Shown here in pieces: positions 12,324 through 20,414 of a stretch of 64,000 bases of DNA. The DNA lies in NCBI GenBank assembly GCA_963701855.1, contig CAVPBK010000006.1:160001-224000 (forward strand). Direction: 5' to 3'. A program made the translations under genes and the position numbers. The notes under the pieces are model-generated. The model did no database searches, had not been told where the DNA came from, and was given only the letters and a program-made list of their open reading frames with translations. Source of the DNA: Nitrospirota bacterium. GTDB taxonomy: Bacteria > Nitrospirota > Nitrospiria > Nitrospirales > Nitrospiraceae. How positions within the stretch are numbered: the first letter of the stretch is position 1; every line of letters starts with the position of its first letter.

Positions 12324-12511
12324 GCCTGCATTATTCATGAGCGCTTCTGCTCAATCGCCGATCCGCTGCTACGACAAACCTTTGGCCGACGGGCTCGCCC
12401 CTCGGACCCTCATCGGACTCACGAGTACGCATCGGGGCCTCAGGGCTCCGCGCGCGGGTCTCGCGACGCGGCTCAGGGATTTCGCGACAAACCGTCATGA
12501 ATAATGCAGGC
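12324..12511. mobile_element. Non-autonomous MITE-like element, family B
   Basis: Perfect 17-bp terminal IR GCCTGCATTATTCATGA / TCATGAATAATGCAGGC; no transposase. Confidence 0.8.
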
Positions 12512-12571
12512 TAGCCCGATTGATAATCAGCCCATCCGTCCGGCATACTGCCAATCTAAACGGAGTACGCG

Positions 12572-12811
12572 ATGCACGATCTGACCTGCATGATCAAAGG
12601 CTGCCAAGCAAGAGTCTATGCTCCAGCTGGCACGCATAGCATCTGCCGGGAACACTTCCTCAGCTATCTTACCTGGCGCCGCCGCAAAGGCCCGCAGATG
12701 TTCATGAAGTATGCCGGGATGACGATGGAAGAACGAGACCCCTACGTCGCCGAGTGGGCCAACACCATCCGAGTAGAAGAAGCCCCCACCGCCTCAGCAC
12801 CAAACACCTAA
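12572..12811 (+). CDS. Small hypothetical protein with a CX4C...CX2H putative Zn site
   Basis: GGAG RBS; 79-aa ORF; its 3' end is repeated downstream. Confidence 0.7.
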   Translation: MHDLTCMIKGCQARVYAPAGTHSICREHFLSYLTWRRRKGPQMFMKYAGMTMEERDPYVAEWANTIRVEEAPTASAPNT

Positions 12812-12862
12812 CGTTCCACGCCCTCGCACAAGAAAATGGTTCCTGCCACCGTATTCCTACCC
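12745..12862 (+). repeat. Direct repeat copy 1 (3' end of the 79-aa gene plus downstream hairpin)
   Basis: Near-identical to 15327-15443; partial copies at 14638-14716 and 14111-14145. Confidence 0.9.
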
Positions 12863-13086
12863 CCGAAGGTCTCTCGGCATACCTGATACACGTAGTCCCG
12901 CGAGGCCCCCGAAGAACTATGCCGGTCATGGGAAGTGCGGACGGGGCGCTTGCCGATCATGATCGACGGTGCGGACGTTCCTCAGTTGACACGTTTCTTT
13001 CTCCAAAGTAGCCTACCCCATATCCTGGCGAGCTCCATATATAAGGCCACACGATCTAATGGAGTGTTGGAGAAAGGAGAGAAATA

Positions 13087-13407
13087 ATGAATAGATTGGG
13101 GTGGATGTCCTCCATCATCGTGGTAATGATGCTACTTCTGGCCGGATGCTTTTTGTCTGTGGAACAGCGCTGGGAAAAGATTGACGAGCAGATGCAGCAG
13201 GAGATCGGTGTGAAGACCAAAGACTACTATGTCAGTGAATGGGGAAACCCGGCGAAGCGAGTCAAAGCGGCGGACGGCGGATCGATCTGGACGTGGGAAT
13301 TCCGGGCGTATGGCGGCAGGGAGGGCTGGAATAAGATTCTCATCTTTACGCCTGATGGGGTGTTGAAGGAATTTCGTCGGGAATACTGGCCTAAGGAATA
13401 TCAGTGA
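13087..13407 (+). CDS. Small lipoprotein (SmpA/BamE-like motif)
   Basis: AAGGAG RBS, LLAGC lipobox, EWGNP...SIWTW. Confidence 0.75.
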   Translation: MNRLGWMSSIIVVMMLLLAGCFLSVEQRWEKIDEQMQQEIGVKTKDYYVSEWGNPAKRVKAADGGSIWTWEFRAYGGREGWNKILIFTPDGVLKEFRREYWPKEYQ

Positions 13408-13573
13408 CTCGGGGAAGACATCGGGGTGGTAGTCAGGACTCGCATCCTACATTGTACGGCGCGTGGCGGACCGGTTCCTTCTCCCCACTCTGACACAACG
13501 ATTGACCAGGCCAACCCTCAGCTTGAAGCGTTCCCTCACGACGGTTCAAAGTTAGAGTGTGCGCCAATATCGG

Positions 13574-13888
13574 ATGAGAATAATTATGGCGCGATTGTGG
13601 GTGTTAGTCTGTCTCAGTGTCTTAGTAATCAGCTGTCGCTCTTGGAGTATTCAGCATCTCGATGAGGACACGGGAAGAGCTACGCAAGATGAGATCAGGA
13701 AAAAGCTTGGACCGCCTCTGGAGGAGCGGACACTGAGCACCGGCGAGTCAATATGGCACTATCGAATCGAGAAATATAGCACCGTATCAAGGGCCACCCT
13801 TTGCAGTATCTACGATCTAACGTTTGACGCTCAGCGGGTGCTACAGCAATGGAAGAATGAGGATTGTCAAAGTGGAGAACAGAAATGA
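13574..13888 (+). CDS. Small lipoprotein, likely paralog of 13087-13407
   Basis: VISC lipobox, TQDEIRKKLGPP...SIWHY. Confidence 0.7.
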   Translation: MRIIMARLWVLVCLSVLVISCRSWSIQHLDEDTGRATQDEIRKKLGPPLEERTLSTGESIWHYRIEKYSTVSRATLCSIYDLTFDAQRVLQQWKNEDCQSGEQK

Positions 13889-14110
13889 GAAGAAGAGCCC
13901 GGTCTAGCAATCCAACATTTCTCAGCGCGTGGCGTGATCGCTACCGCTTCCTATATTGTCACTCATGTAGTCAGGTGTCCAGGGGTGAAGAAGCAACAAT
14001 AGAGAATCCTGGGCATTGTACTTCTCAAGATTGGCTTGGGCTATCGTGATGTCCGGCAGGGAAAGGGAGGACGATTCAGAGGCAGTCGATTTAGTTTATT
14101 TCGTTCTCTG

Positions 14111-14145
14111 ACAAGAATACGGTTCCTGCCACCGTATTCCTGCCC
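14111..14145 (+). repeat. Partial direct repeat: hairpin GAATACGGT-TCCTGCC-ACCGTATTC
   Basis: Perfect 9-bp stem; matches the tails of repeat copies 1 and 3. Confidence 0.75.
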
Positions 14146-14213
14146 AGAAAAGTAGCCTGCCTCATTTTTCCCTCCCTTTTCCCCTCCTCGATTTTGATAT
14201 AATTCTTCGTAAC

Positions 14214-14612
14214 ATGGCATCTGATGCACCGACTTCACAGCCGTCCGCAAAAGACCGTCGCGCGTATTTTCGCGTCAACGCCGTCCTGCCCATCAGCATT
14301 CAGGCCGAGACGGACACAACAGAGGGTGTTCTCATAGAGAAGTCCGTCAACATTAGCGGCGGGGGTATTGGCGTTACCGTGAACGTTGTCTACAAACCCG
14401 ACGAGATCCTGTCGCTCACTCTGATCCTGCCCGATCAGGTCATCTTCAAAGCCTACGCCGAAGTTTTGCGGCTAGAGCCCATCCCGCATCACGTCGATAC
14501 CTACCGCCTACGCGCCCGCTTCGTCAGGATGACCACACAGAATCAGGAATTATTGATCAGACACATCCTACGTTTTCAACGCGGCCGCCTCGAAAAACAT
14601 TATTCTGCATAA
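14214..14612 (+). CDS. PilZ-domain protein
   Basis: RRAYFR and NISGGG c-di-GMP-binding motifs. Confidence 0.85.
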   Translation: MASDAPTSQPSAKDRRAYFRVNAVLPISIQAETDTTEGVLIEKSVNISGGGIGVTVNVVYKPDEILSLTLILPDQVIFKAYAEVLRLEPIPHHVDTYRLRARFVRMTTQNQELLIRHILRFQRGRLEKHYSA

Positions 14613-14637
14613 TACGTGCACTGCCCGCTGGCATTCA

Positions 14638-14716
14638 GACTGGGCCAGCACCATCCGCGTAGAAGAAGCCTCAACCACCGCAGCACCGAAATCCTAATGT
14701 CCCACGCCGTCACACA
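14638..14716 (+). repeat. Direct repeat copy 2 (diverged 3' end of the 79-aa gene)
   Basis: Translates WASTIRVEEASTTAAPKS* versus WANTIRVEEAPTASAPNT*. Confidence 0.8.
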
Positions 14717-14835
14717 GACACTTCCTGCGCTTATAGGGCCACCCCACAAGCCAAAGCAAACTGGTCGGCACTCCTCCACCATGCTACAATGCCGACACAA
14801 AAACCAGTGCCCCTCTTCTGAAGATGGAGCCGACT

Positions 14836-15066
14836 ATGGCAACAGATACAAGAACGACGGTCTATCTGAAGCGAAAAGTGTACCGAGCTCTGAAAGCCAA
14901 AGCAGCTTCGACAGATCGAACCGTCTCAGACCTCATCAATGCCGCGGTGCTGGAAGCAATGCGGGAAGATGAGATAGATCGAGCCGCTGTCGCCGCACGA
15001 CGCAAAGAGCCCTCACGTCCGTTTGAGAAGGTGATCGAGGACTTGAAGCGTGACAGGCGCATATAG
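14836..15066 (+). CDS. Ribbon-helix-helix (CopG-like) antitoxin
   Basis: RTTVYL...TVSDLINAAV...EDEID pattern; overlaps a RelE-like gene. Confidence 0.8.
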   Translation: MATDTRTTVYLKRKVYRALKAKAASTDRTVSDLINAAVLEAMREDEIDRAAVAARRKEPSRPFEKVIEDLKRDRRI

Positions 15067-15309
15067 ACTCCTCCTTAAGAAATCCGCAGAACGTGAGCTG
15101 CGGAAAATCCCCAAAGCAGATCTTCAACGAATTACCGAACGGATCAACGAACTTGCGGCAGCCCCACGGCCTCCAGTAGCGAGAAACTGACAGGGCAGGA
15201 CTCATATCGCATCCGACAAGGCGATTATCGCGTCGTCTATACCGATAAACAATGACGAGCAACTATTGAGATCATCAAGATAGGGCACCACAGAGAAGTC
15301 TATCGCTGA
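15050..15309 (+). pseudogene. relE: Frameshifted RelE/ParE-family toxin
   Basis: Segments SAERELRKIP...PRPP / SEKLTGQDSYRIRQGDYRVVY / IEIIKIGHHREVYR* lie in different frames. Confidence 0.8.
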
Positions 15310-15326
15310 CGCAAGCCCGACTGCTT

Positions 15327-15443
15327 CGTCGCCGAGTGGGCCAACACCATCCGAGTAGAAGAAACCCCCACCACCGCAGCACCAATACCTAACGTTCCAC
15401 GCCATCACACAAGAAAACGGTTCCTGCCACCGTATTCCTGCCC
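15327..15443 (+). repeat. Direct repeat copy 3
   Basis: Near-identical to 12745-12862, with a 1-nt deletion near the stop. Confidence 0.9.
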
Positions 15444-15490
15444 GGGTCTGCTTCACAGCCGAATCATGTCACAACTGAAGGACTGGCAAT

Positions 15491-15548
15491 GCCTAACGAC
15501 TGGGTTCAGTGACGCACGGAGGCCGTCGACTAGAACTATGGGTTAGGC
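15491..15548 (-). mobile_element. Integron attC recombination site (58 bp)
   Basis: Minus strand reads GCCTAAC-ccata-GTTCTAG...CTGAAC-ccagtc-GTTAGGC (R''/L''/L'/R' with an extra-helical base); R'' contains the stop codon of the upstream gene. Confidence 0.85.
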
Positions 15549-16517
15549 ATCGACATATATCTCTGCCCGTCGTCGCGGGTTCACAGCGCACTTGACGCCT
15601 ACTTCATAGGCAGGCTGATTAGCTACCACTCGGTCGACGCTAACACCCATGACCTGCAAAGATACTATTGGCTGCGACATACAATAATTCGAGCCGAGCA
15701 AATGAACATGCATCCCAAGTTGTACTTCGGTACCGTTATCCAGCTGGGCAATGAAAGCACCTGCGCTGGCGAACGTTTTCGTCACCAGTCCAATTCGCTT
15801 TGTCTTACCAGCCTTTATGCGTTGCATCAGCAGATTCTTGGAAAAGTATGCTGCAAGCGCCCTAACAATTGCCTGTATGAGCGCGCAGTACCTCGCAAGA
15901 TTATCTTTACCTTCAAGTGTTTCCAGCACGCCGTGTGCGGCTTCATTGCGAAGCTGAACAAAGGCCCGGAGCTCGGCATCAAGCTGTTCAACAATTGCGG
16001 CCTGCTCTTGGTATAGAGCAATTATCTCTTCACTGCAGTTGAGCCAACCGCGCAGCTCCTTGAGGTTCACGCGTGAAACGAGCTTTTCAACAACGCTTAG
16101 TCGGAGATTGTGATCGTGGCGCGTGAGCGCTTCAGTAATGAATCTATATTTGTCAATACTCGTCAACGCCTCGTGATACCAAAGAATGACATTCTCGTGA
16201 GCCAGATGGCTATAACGTTCTTCGTCGAGCTTGCTGAGGACATGAGAGACCCCAACTCTATATTCCTTCTTTAGGCTATCAGAAAGATCAGAATAAGGAA
16301 TGAGCTCAGGAATCGAATCCAGGAAGTCAGAAATAATGGACTCGACAAAGCGCTCGTAAATAGCATAAAGCCGAGTCACACAGGAGGTTACCGCATAAAC
16401 TTTAATGGCACTTCGACGCTCAGTTGGCTGGGCGCGAATGAAGTCATCATGCGTTGTAATGAGAGTCTCGACCACATGAATCTGATCTATAGCATTCGCC
16501 TCCAGGCCTCCAAACAT
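15543..16517 (-). CDS. HEPN-family putative RNase (MAE_28990-like) with a C-terminal beta-barrel domain
   Basis: LYAIYERFV helix and RNEAAH (RX4H) motif; C-terminal ~85 aa is beta-rich. Confidence 0.75.
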   Translation of the reverse strand: MFGGLEANAIDQIHVVETLITTHDDFIRAQPTERRSAIKVYAVTSCVTRLYAIYERFVESIISDFLDSIPELIPYSDLSDSLKKEYRVGVSHVLSKLDEERYSHLAHENVILWYHEALTSIDKYRFITEALTRHDHNLRLSVVEKLVSRVNLKELRGWLNCSEEIIALYQEQAAIVEQLDAELRAFVQLRNEAAHGVLETLEGKDNLARYCALIQAIVRALAAYFSKNLLMQRIKAGKTKRIGLVTKTFASAGAFIAQLDNGTEVQLGMHVHLLGSNYCMSQPIVSLQVMGVSVDRVVANQPAYEVGVKCAVNPRRRAEIYVDA

Positions 16518-16520
16518 GGC

Positions 16521-17702
16521 TCACGCCTCAAGGGCCGTACGGAACAGCGTTCGGAATAAGCCGATGCGGTTCTCGAGATCCTTCTTGGTGCTGGCGCGTC
16601 CAGTTATTGCAGAGACCCCTTCGCGCACAATAAGCTCTATCGTCTTTGCCACGATGGTGTCGCGGCGCTCGATCAATCTCGGAAAATCTGGGACGAACTC
16701 CGACAACGGCACCATGATGGCGTCATACATGCCCTTTGATGCCTTCCCAGACCATTCGCCGTTCTCGTGGACTTTGAAGACGTGTTTTCCAAAGATGGAA
16801 TGCGCACAGGCAAGAGTTGATTCAAAGAGGGTGGTGAAAAATGCGATGTCTTCGTCGTTAAAGGCCTTACTGCGAATCATGTACAAATCAAGGAATCCTT
16901 GGATTCCGTACTTGTAGTGATCCATATGTCGGAGCGCAAAGAATCGGAGGACAACTTCGATATCCTCCATAGTCTTAAAGAATGCCGCCTTAAATATCGG
17001 CCGCTTGTGATTGGTCAGTTCTTCCGGATCAAAATGCGGCAGACCCCATATGTCACGAAAAAGGTCGCCTCGCGCCAGCTCGTAGAGCATTTTGTTGAAC
17101 GGACCATGACTTAATGAGTTTCTGATTTCTTGGCGCTCAAGCTTGACGCCACCCGTGTTTAATCGTTCAAACACAAGTTGGCGTAAGAAAACGGCATCCT
17201 CCTCGTCGGGAGCGGACTCCTTCAGGAGAACGATTGAAGAGATTGAGCGGCGATCAAGTCCGGCTCGGATTTTATTCGGAAGTTCTAAATATGTCAGGCC
17301 GTTAAGCTCTGGCCAGAGATCGAGCCCTTTCAGAGCGAATCGATTCTTGTAGAAATCCGCAATCGCGGTTATCCGCTGTTGCCCATCCATTACTTCGTAT
17401 GAATTGAAGGCGCGCTCATACAAGAATATGGGAGGAACTGGGATGTTTATGATGAAGGACTCGATCAACTTTGACTGTCGTTCTTCGTCCCAACGTGAGC
17501 GACGTTGATAGAAGGGGCGGACCTCCATGTACTCGGCGCGGCCCAAGGCTTCCACGAAGTTTGGAAGCTTTTCCCGATTCATTTCAGTAACGATTCGCTG
17601 TTCGCCGCGTTCGTATTTTTCATTAATCTCAGATGCAGTTGATGAACCCTTTCGGTCTTTGGGCGGAATGGCCCACATACCCCGTTCAGTCTTTGAGTAC
17701 AT
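16521..17702 (-). CDS. DUF262 (ParB/Srx-like, GmrS-type) protein
   Basis: PFYQR, LIES, DGQQR and FERLNTGG motifs. Confidence 0.88.
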   Translation of the reverse strand: MYSKTERGMWAIPPKDRKGSSTASEINEKYERGEQRIVTEMNREKLPNFVEALGRAEYMEVRPFYQRRSRWDEERQSKLIESFIINIPVPPIFLYERAFNSYEVMDGQQRITAIADFYKNRFALKGLDLWPELNGLTYLELPNKIRAGLDRRSISSIVLLKESAPDEEDAVFLRQLVFERLNTGGVKLERQEIRNSLSHGPFNKMLYELARGDLFRDIWGLPHFDPEELTNHKRPIFKAAFFKTMEDIEVVLRFFALRHMDHYKYGIQGFLDLYMIRSKAFNDEDIAFFTTLFESTLACAHSIFGKHVFKVHENGEWSGKASKGMYDAIMVPLSEFVPDFPRLIERRDTIVAKTIELIVREGVSAITGRASTKKDLENRIGLFRTLFRTALEA

Positions 17703-17778
17703 GTTGTCCCTACGCCTCGGTTTCTATTTCAGAGGGGTACCGCAATGTGGCTTTGCCGATGGCTACCAGTAAGTCTGC

Positions 17779-17814
17779 TTCATGCCGACGTGCAGCAGAG
17801 CACGTCGGCATGAA
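17779..17814. other. Perfect 15-bp-stem hairpin upstream of the DUF262 operon
   Basis: TTCATGCCGACGTGC-agcaga-GCACGTCGGCATGAA. Confidence 0.8.
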
Positions 17815-17951
17815 AACTCTGATGGAAGACAAGTCTACTTGAAAATCCAATCCTTCTTCAATGCAGCGCCCTGTTCCACTGGCCTGACAGACTACTAATC
17901 CTATAGTCTATCCAGCATCAACCCCAAGCATATCTGGCCAACGAGTCACAG

Positions 17952-18100
17952 TCAGAGGCGGTCTGCGAGGCTGCCCACTCCATGTCCGCCTCGATTGAAG
18001 ACATGTGTATAGATCATCGTCTACTGACGTACTGATGCTCAAGCAGCTCCTGAATCGTCCGAATATCATGCCGGTCTTCGAGCAAATAGGTGGCGAAGGG
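17952..18100 (-). pseudogene. intI: C-terminal remnant of an integron-type tyrosine integrase
   Basis: PFATYLLEDRHDIRTIQELLEHQYVS / frameshift / TMIYTHVFNRGGHGVGSLADRL*. Confidence 0.85.
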
Positions 18101-18113
18101 AGCAAACAGGGGG

Positions 18114-18347
18114 TCATTGATTCAGGCGGGCACGGACATTCTCAAAGACACCTTTGCCGGACACCGGCTTCACTTTTCCCTCGCGGACTTCGCGATGGCG
18201 TCTTTGCGCTTCAAGTCGCCATGCACTCTCGACGTCAACGTCAGCAGGACCATCGAGTTGAACTATCAGAGCCCGCAGCAACTCGGTCTTATCTTCGAAG
18301 CTCAGAGACCGAATCCTTGCTTCAATCTCAGCGACATCGGTTGACAC
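18114..18347 (-). CDS. Addiction-module antitoxin-like protein, orphan
   Basis: GGAGG RBS and GTG start; LS..DK..L...L...AW..EA.RR....GKVKPV pattern; no toxin follows. Confidence 0.75.
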   Translation of the reverse strand: MSTDVAEIEARIRSLSFEDKTELLRALIVQLDGPADVDVESAWRLEAQRRHREVREGKVKPVSGKGVFENVRARLNQ

Positions 18348-18412
18348 AGTGACCTCCGTGCTGCCGACTACAAGACGCGAAGGCGGGGTCATGCCTCCTT
18401 TTAAACTTTCCC

Positions 18413-18847
18413 TCAAAGATGCTGAATATCGACATCTCCCCATTTCCCCCGCAAATACTCCGCAACAAGCCGACGGTGACAATGGTGGGGAGTCGGCTCG
18501 CTGCAAAGTAAGCACGCACCGGCGACGAGATCCTTATCGATGGATGTTTCTATTCGGCGCTCCGCCATCAATGCAAAAAACTGCTTCTCGTAGGTTTCCC
18601 AGTCGCCACCGTTCTTCTTATATGCGTCCAGCATTGCTTGAGTTGGCGCTAATGCTGGCAGATGGACGTAGTCAATGTGGCCAACTTCGCGCAGGAAGAA
18701 CCTAAGGTCATCCTTCTTCGTGAACCCTGCCAACTGGGAAATATTGTTTAGCCTCGTGTCCACCACACGCTGAAGGCCGGGCTGTTTTAGGCGGGCAAAG
18801 AACTGCTCTGCATTTTTCTTTGTGAAACCAATGGTAAAAACCTTCAT
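18413..18847 (-). CDS. DUF488-family protein
   Basis: FTIGF, DTR, LAP, LLCSE...CHRR motifs. Confidence 0.88.
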   Translation of the reverse strand: MKVFTIGFTKKNAEQFFARLKQPGLQRVVDTRLNNISQLAGFTKKDDLRFFLREVGHIDYVHLPALAPTQAMLDAYKKNGGDWETYEKQFFALMAERRIETSIDKDLVAGACLLCSEPTPHHCHRRLVAEYLRGKWGDVDIQHL

Positions 18848-19458
18848 GAAGCGGATGCTCTCTCAAGCTGCTTCATATTTTCGTCCTGATACGCGACTCG
18901 CTCGCCTTGGATCGCATACGCTTCCGAAACGAATTCGTCCCGCTGTTTAAACATGTCTCCTTCCGGCAGCTTGCACACGCCAAGAAGACGAGATTCCAGC
19001 GTTCTGTGATCTTCAAGTGAGCCATCAGCATGAATATGGGTTACTTCAAGACCTGTCTCATGAAGTTTGCGTGCGACTAGCAAAGTTCTATGGCATTCCA
19101 GCGGGTCCTTTTCTGCACACATTAGAGCGATGCAATACCGCTGCATTCCCTCAATGACGTGCCTTACTCCCTCAGCGAATTGGGGCTGCCTAGCCAAACA
19201 GTCGTATTGAACCTTGCCTTGTCTATAACAGGCCGGGTCTTCACTCCTGGCACCTAGCTCTTTACCGAGAAAAACGTATGCAATACCCGCCTGCGTCAAA
19301 GCAGCCTGTAGCGGTTCGCGAGAGTATTGCGGGACATAGCGGCTGTAAGGATGCGACCGCACGTCGCCAACGGCAGTGATGCCATGTCGATGAAGAAGCG
19401 CGATGAAGGCTTCTATTGGGTGATTTGAATGGCCAATAGTAAAAATCATCTGATTCAC
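18844..19458 (-). CDS. DUF488-family protein
   Basis: IFTIGHSN, DVRS.PYS, LGAR, LMCAEKDP..CHR motifs; GTG start 3 nt after the upstream stop. Confidence 0.88.
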   Translation of the reverse strand: MNQMIFTIGHSNHPIEAFIALLHRHGITAVGDVRSHPYSRYVPQYSREPLQAALTQAGIAYVFLGKELGARSEDPACYRQGKVQYDCLARQPQFAEGVRHVIEGMQRYCIALMCAEKDPLECHRTLLVARKLHETGLEVTHIHADGSLEDHRTLESRLLGVCKLPEGDMFKQRDEFVSEAYAIQGERVAYQDENMKQLERASAS

Positions 19459-19460
19459 TG

Positions 19461-20138
19461 CTACCGTTCTGCGTGCAAGATTCCCGCGACAAGCTTGTAA
19501 AAGTAGCCTTGATATGAGTCCCCAAGACTGACGCATAGGACAGGCTTGGCGATGTCATAGTGACCATCGGCCTGTCCGAGATATTTTCGCTCTATTGTCG
19601 GATCGGTTACATCCATGCGATACATCGAACCTTGGTAGCTGAACTCGCCCCTCACAGCCCGCTTGGAATCAGGATACTCCGGAGCTTTACGACCGACTAG
19701 CAGCCGAAGACGAGCGACCGAGATGAGGTAGAGTGATGAGCCGTTTTCGCTCCCAATGGCCACACGGTTGTTGAGGCCAGCGTAGCTACCTTCTCCGGTG
19801 CCCCAGAGCGTATCCGGTTGGTCGAGCCATCCAGAAATGTCTTTCCATGCCAGGGTTCCCTGCGGAGCCCAGTAGTATCCGGGGTCAATTACATGGTTTT
19901 CGCGTTGATGCGGCAAGGGTTGATGGCTTTCGCAGGGGACAAAGACGATGTCGAGCAGCTGCGGGTCTCGTCCATCCTCGTATCGCCTTTCTTCCTCTGA
20001 GATTTCATGTGTAGGGCGCGTGCTTACTGGGCGCACCCATTCTCCTGCAGTGCCATCATGCCACTCCTTTCCAGCGATGCACCGCCCAGAGGTCTTGCGA
20101 GAATTTGCGAAGCAGACAATGGTCTTGCCGTACTTCAT
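19461..20138 (-). CDS. Dual OB-fold-like protein
   Basis: IVCFANSRK...RCIAG...WVRPV, VTDP, VSLG...YKLVAGI pattern, as in DUF488-associated DuOB proteins. Confidence 0.7.
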   Translation of the reverse strand: MKYGKTIVCFANSRKTSGRCIAGKEWHDGTAGEWVRPVSTRPTHEISEEERRYEDGRDPQLLDIVFVPCESHQPLPHQRENHVIDPGYYWAPQGTLAWKDISGWLDQPDTLWGTGEGSYAGLNNRVAIGSENGSSLYLISVARLRLLVGRKAPEYPDSKRAVRGEFSYQGSMYRMDVTDPTIERKYLGQADGHYDIAKPVLCVSLGDSYQGYFYKLVAGILHAER

Positions 20139-20414
20139 GAGCGCTCCACACTCGCCTTTGAAAAAGCCTAACTAATAAGTGAGCTAGGGGGGCCATGTCG
20201 TTCAGTGGCAGCCTACCCCAGCTGCCTTCCTATTCCTAAATGCCAGAACTTCGAGGATTATCTTCCGCTTCTGAACACGTGTCAATGAGACTTCCTGGGC
20301 AGGGTTTCCACGCGCGTCGACCAAGACTTCCTACTCTATATCTCTTCGACCAAAACGGGGTATGAACCACTAACTGTGCCCGTCGAGCGGTCCCTTCCCC
20401 CACCCTAAAACAAC

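Noticed and set aside
13895..13960. Possible attC after the second lipoprotein (ATCCAAC)
   Set aside because: No matching GTTRRRY or L boxes at a suitable distance
12745..15443. Direct repeats as a CRISPR array
   Set aside because: Repeats are 80-120 bp, irregularly spaced by whole genes and derived from a coding 3' end; no cas genes
20166..20240. Full attC or attI upstream of the dual-OB gene
   Set aside because: Only the 7-bp core is recognisable, with no complementary R''/L'' arm; kept only as supporting evidence
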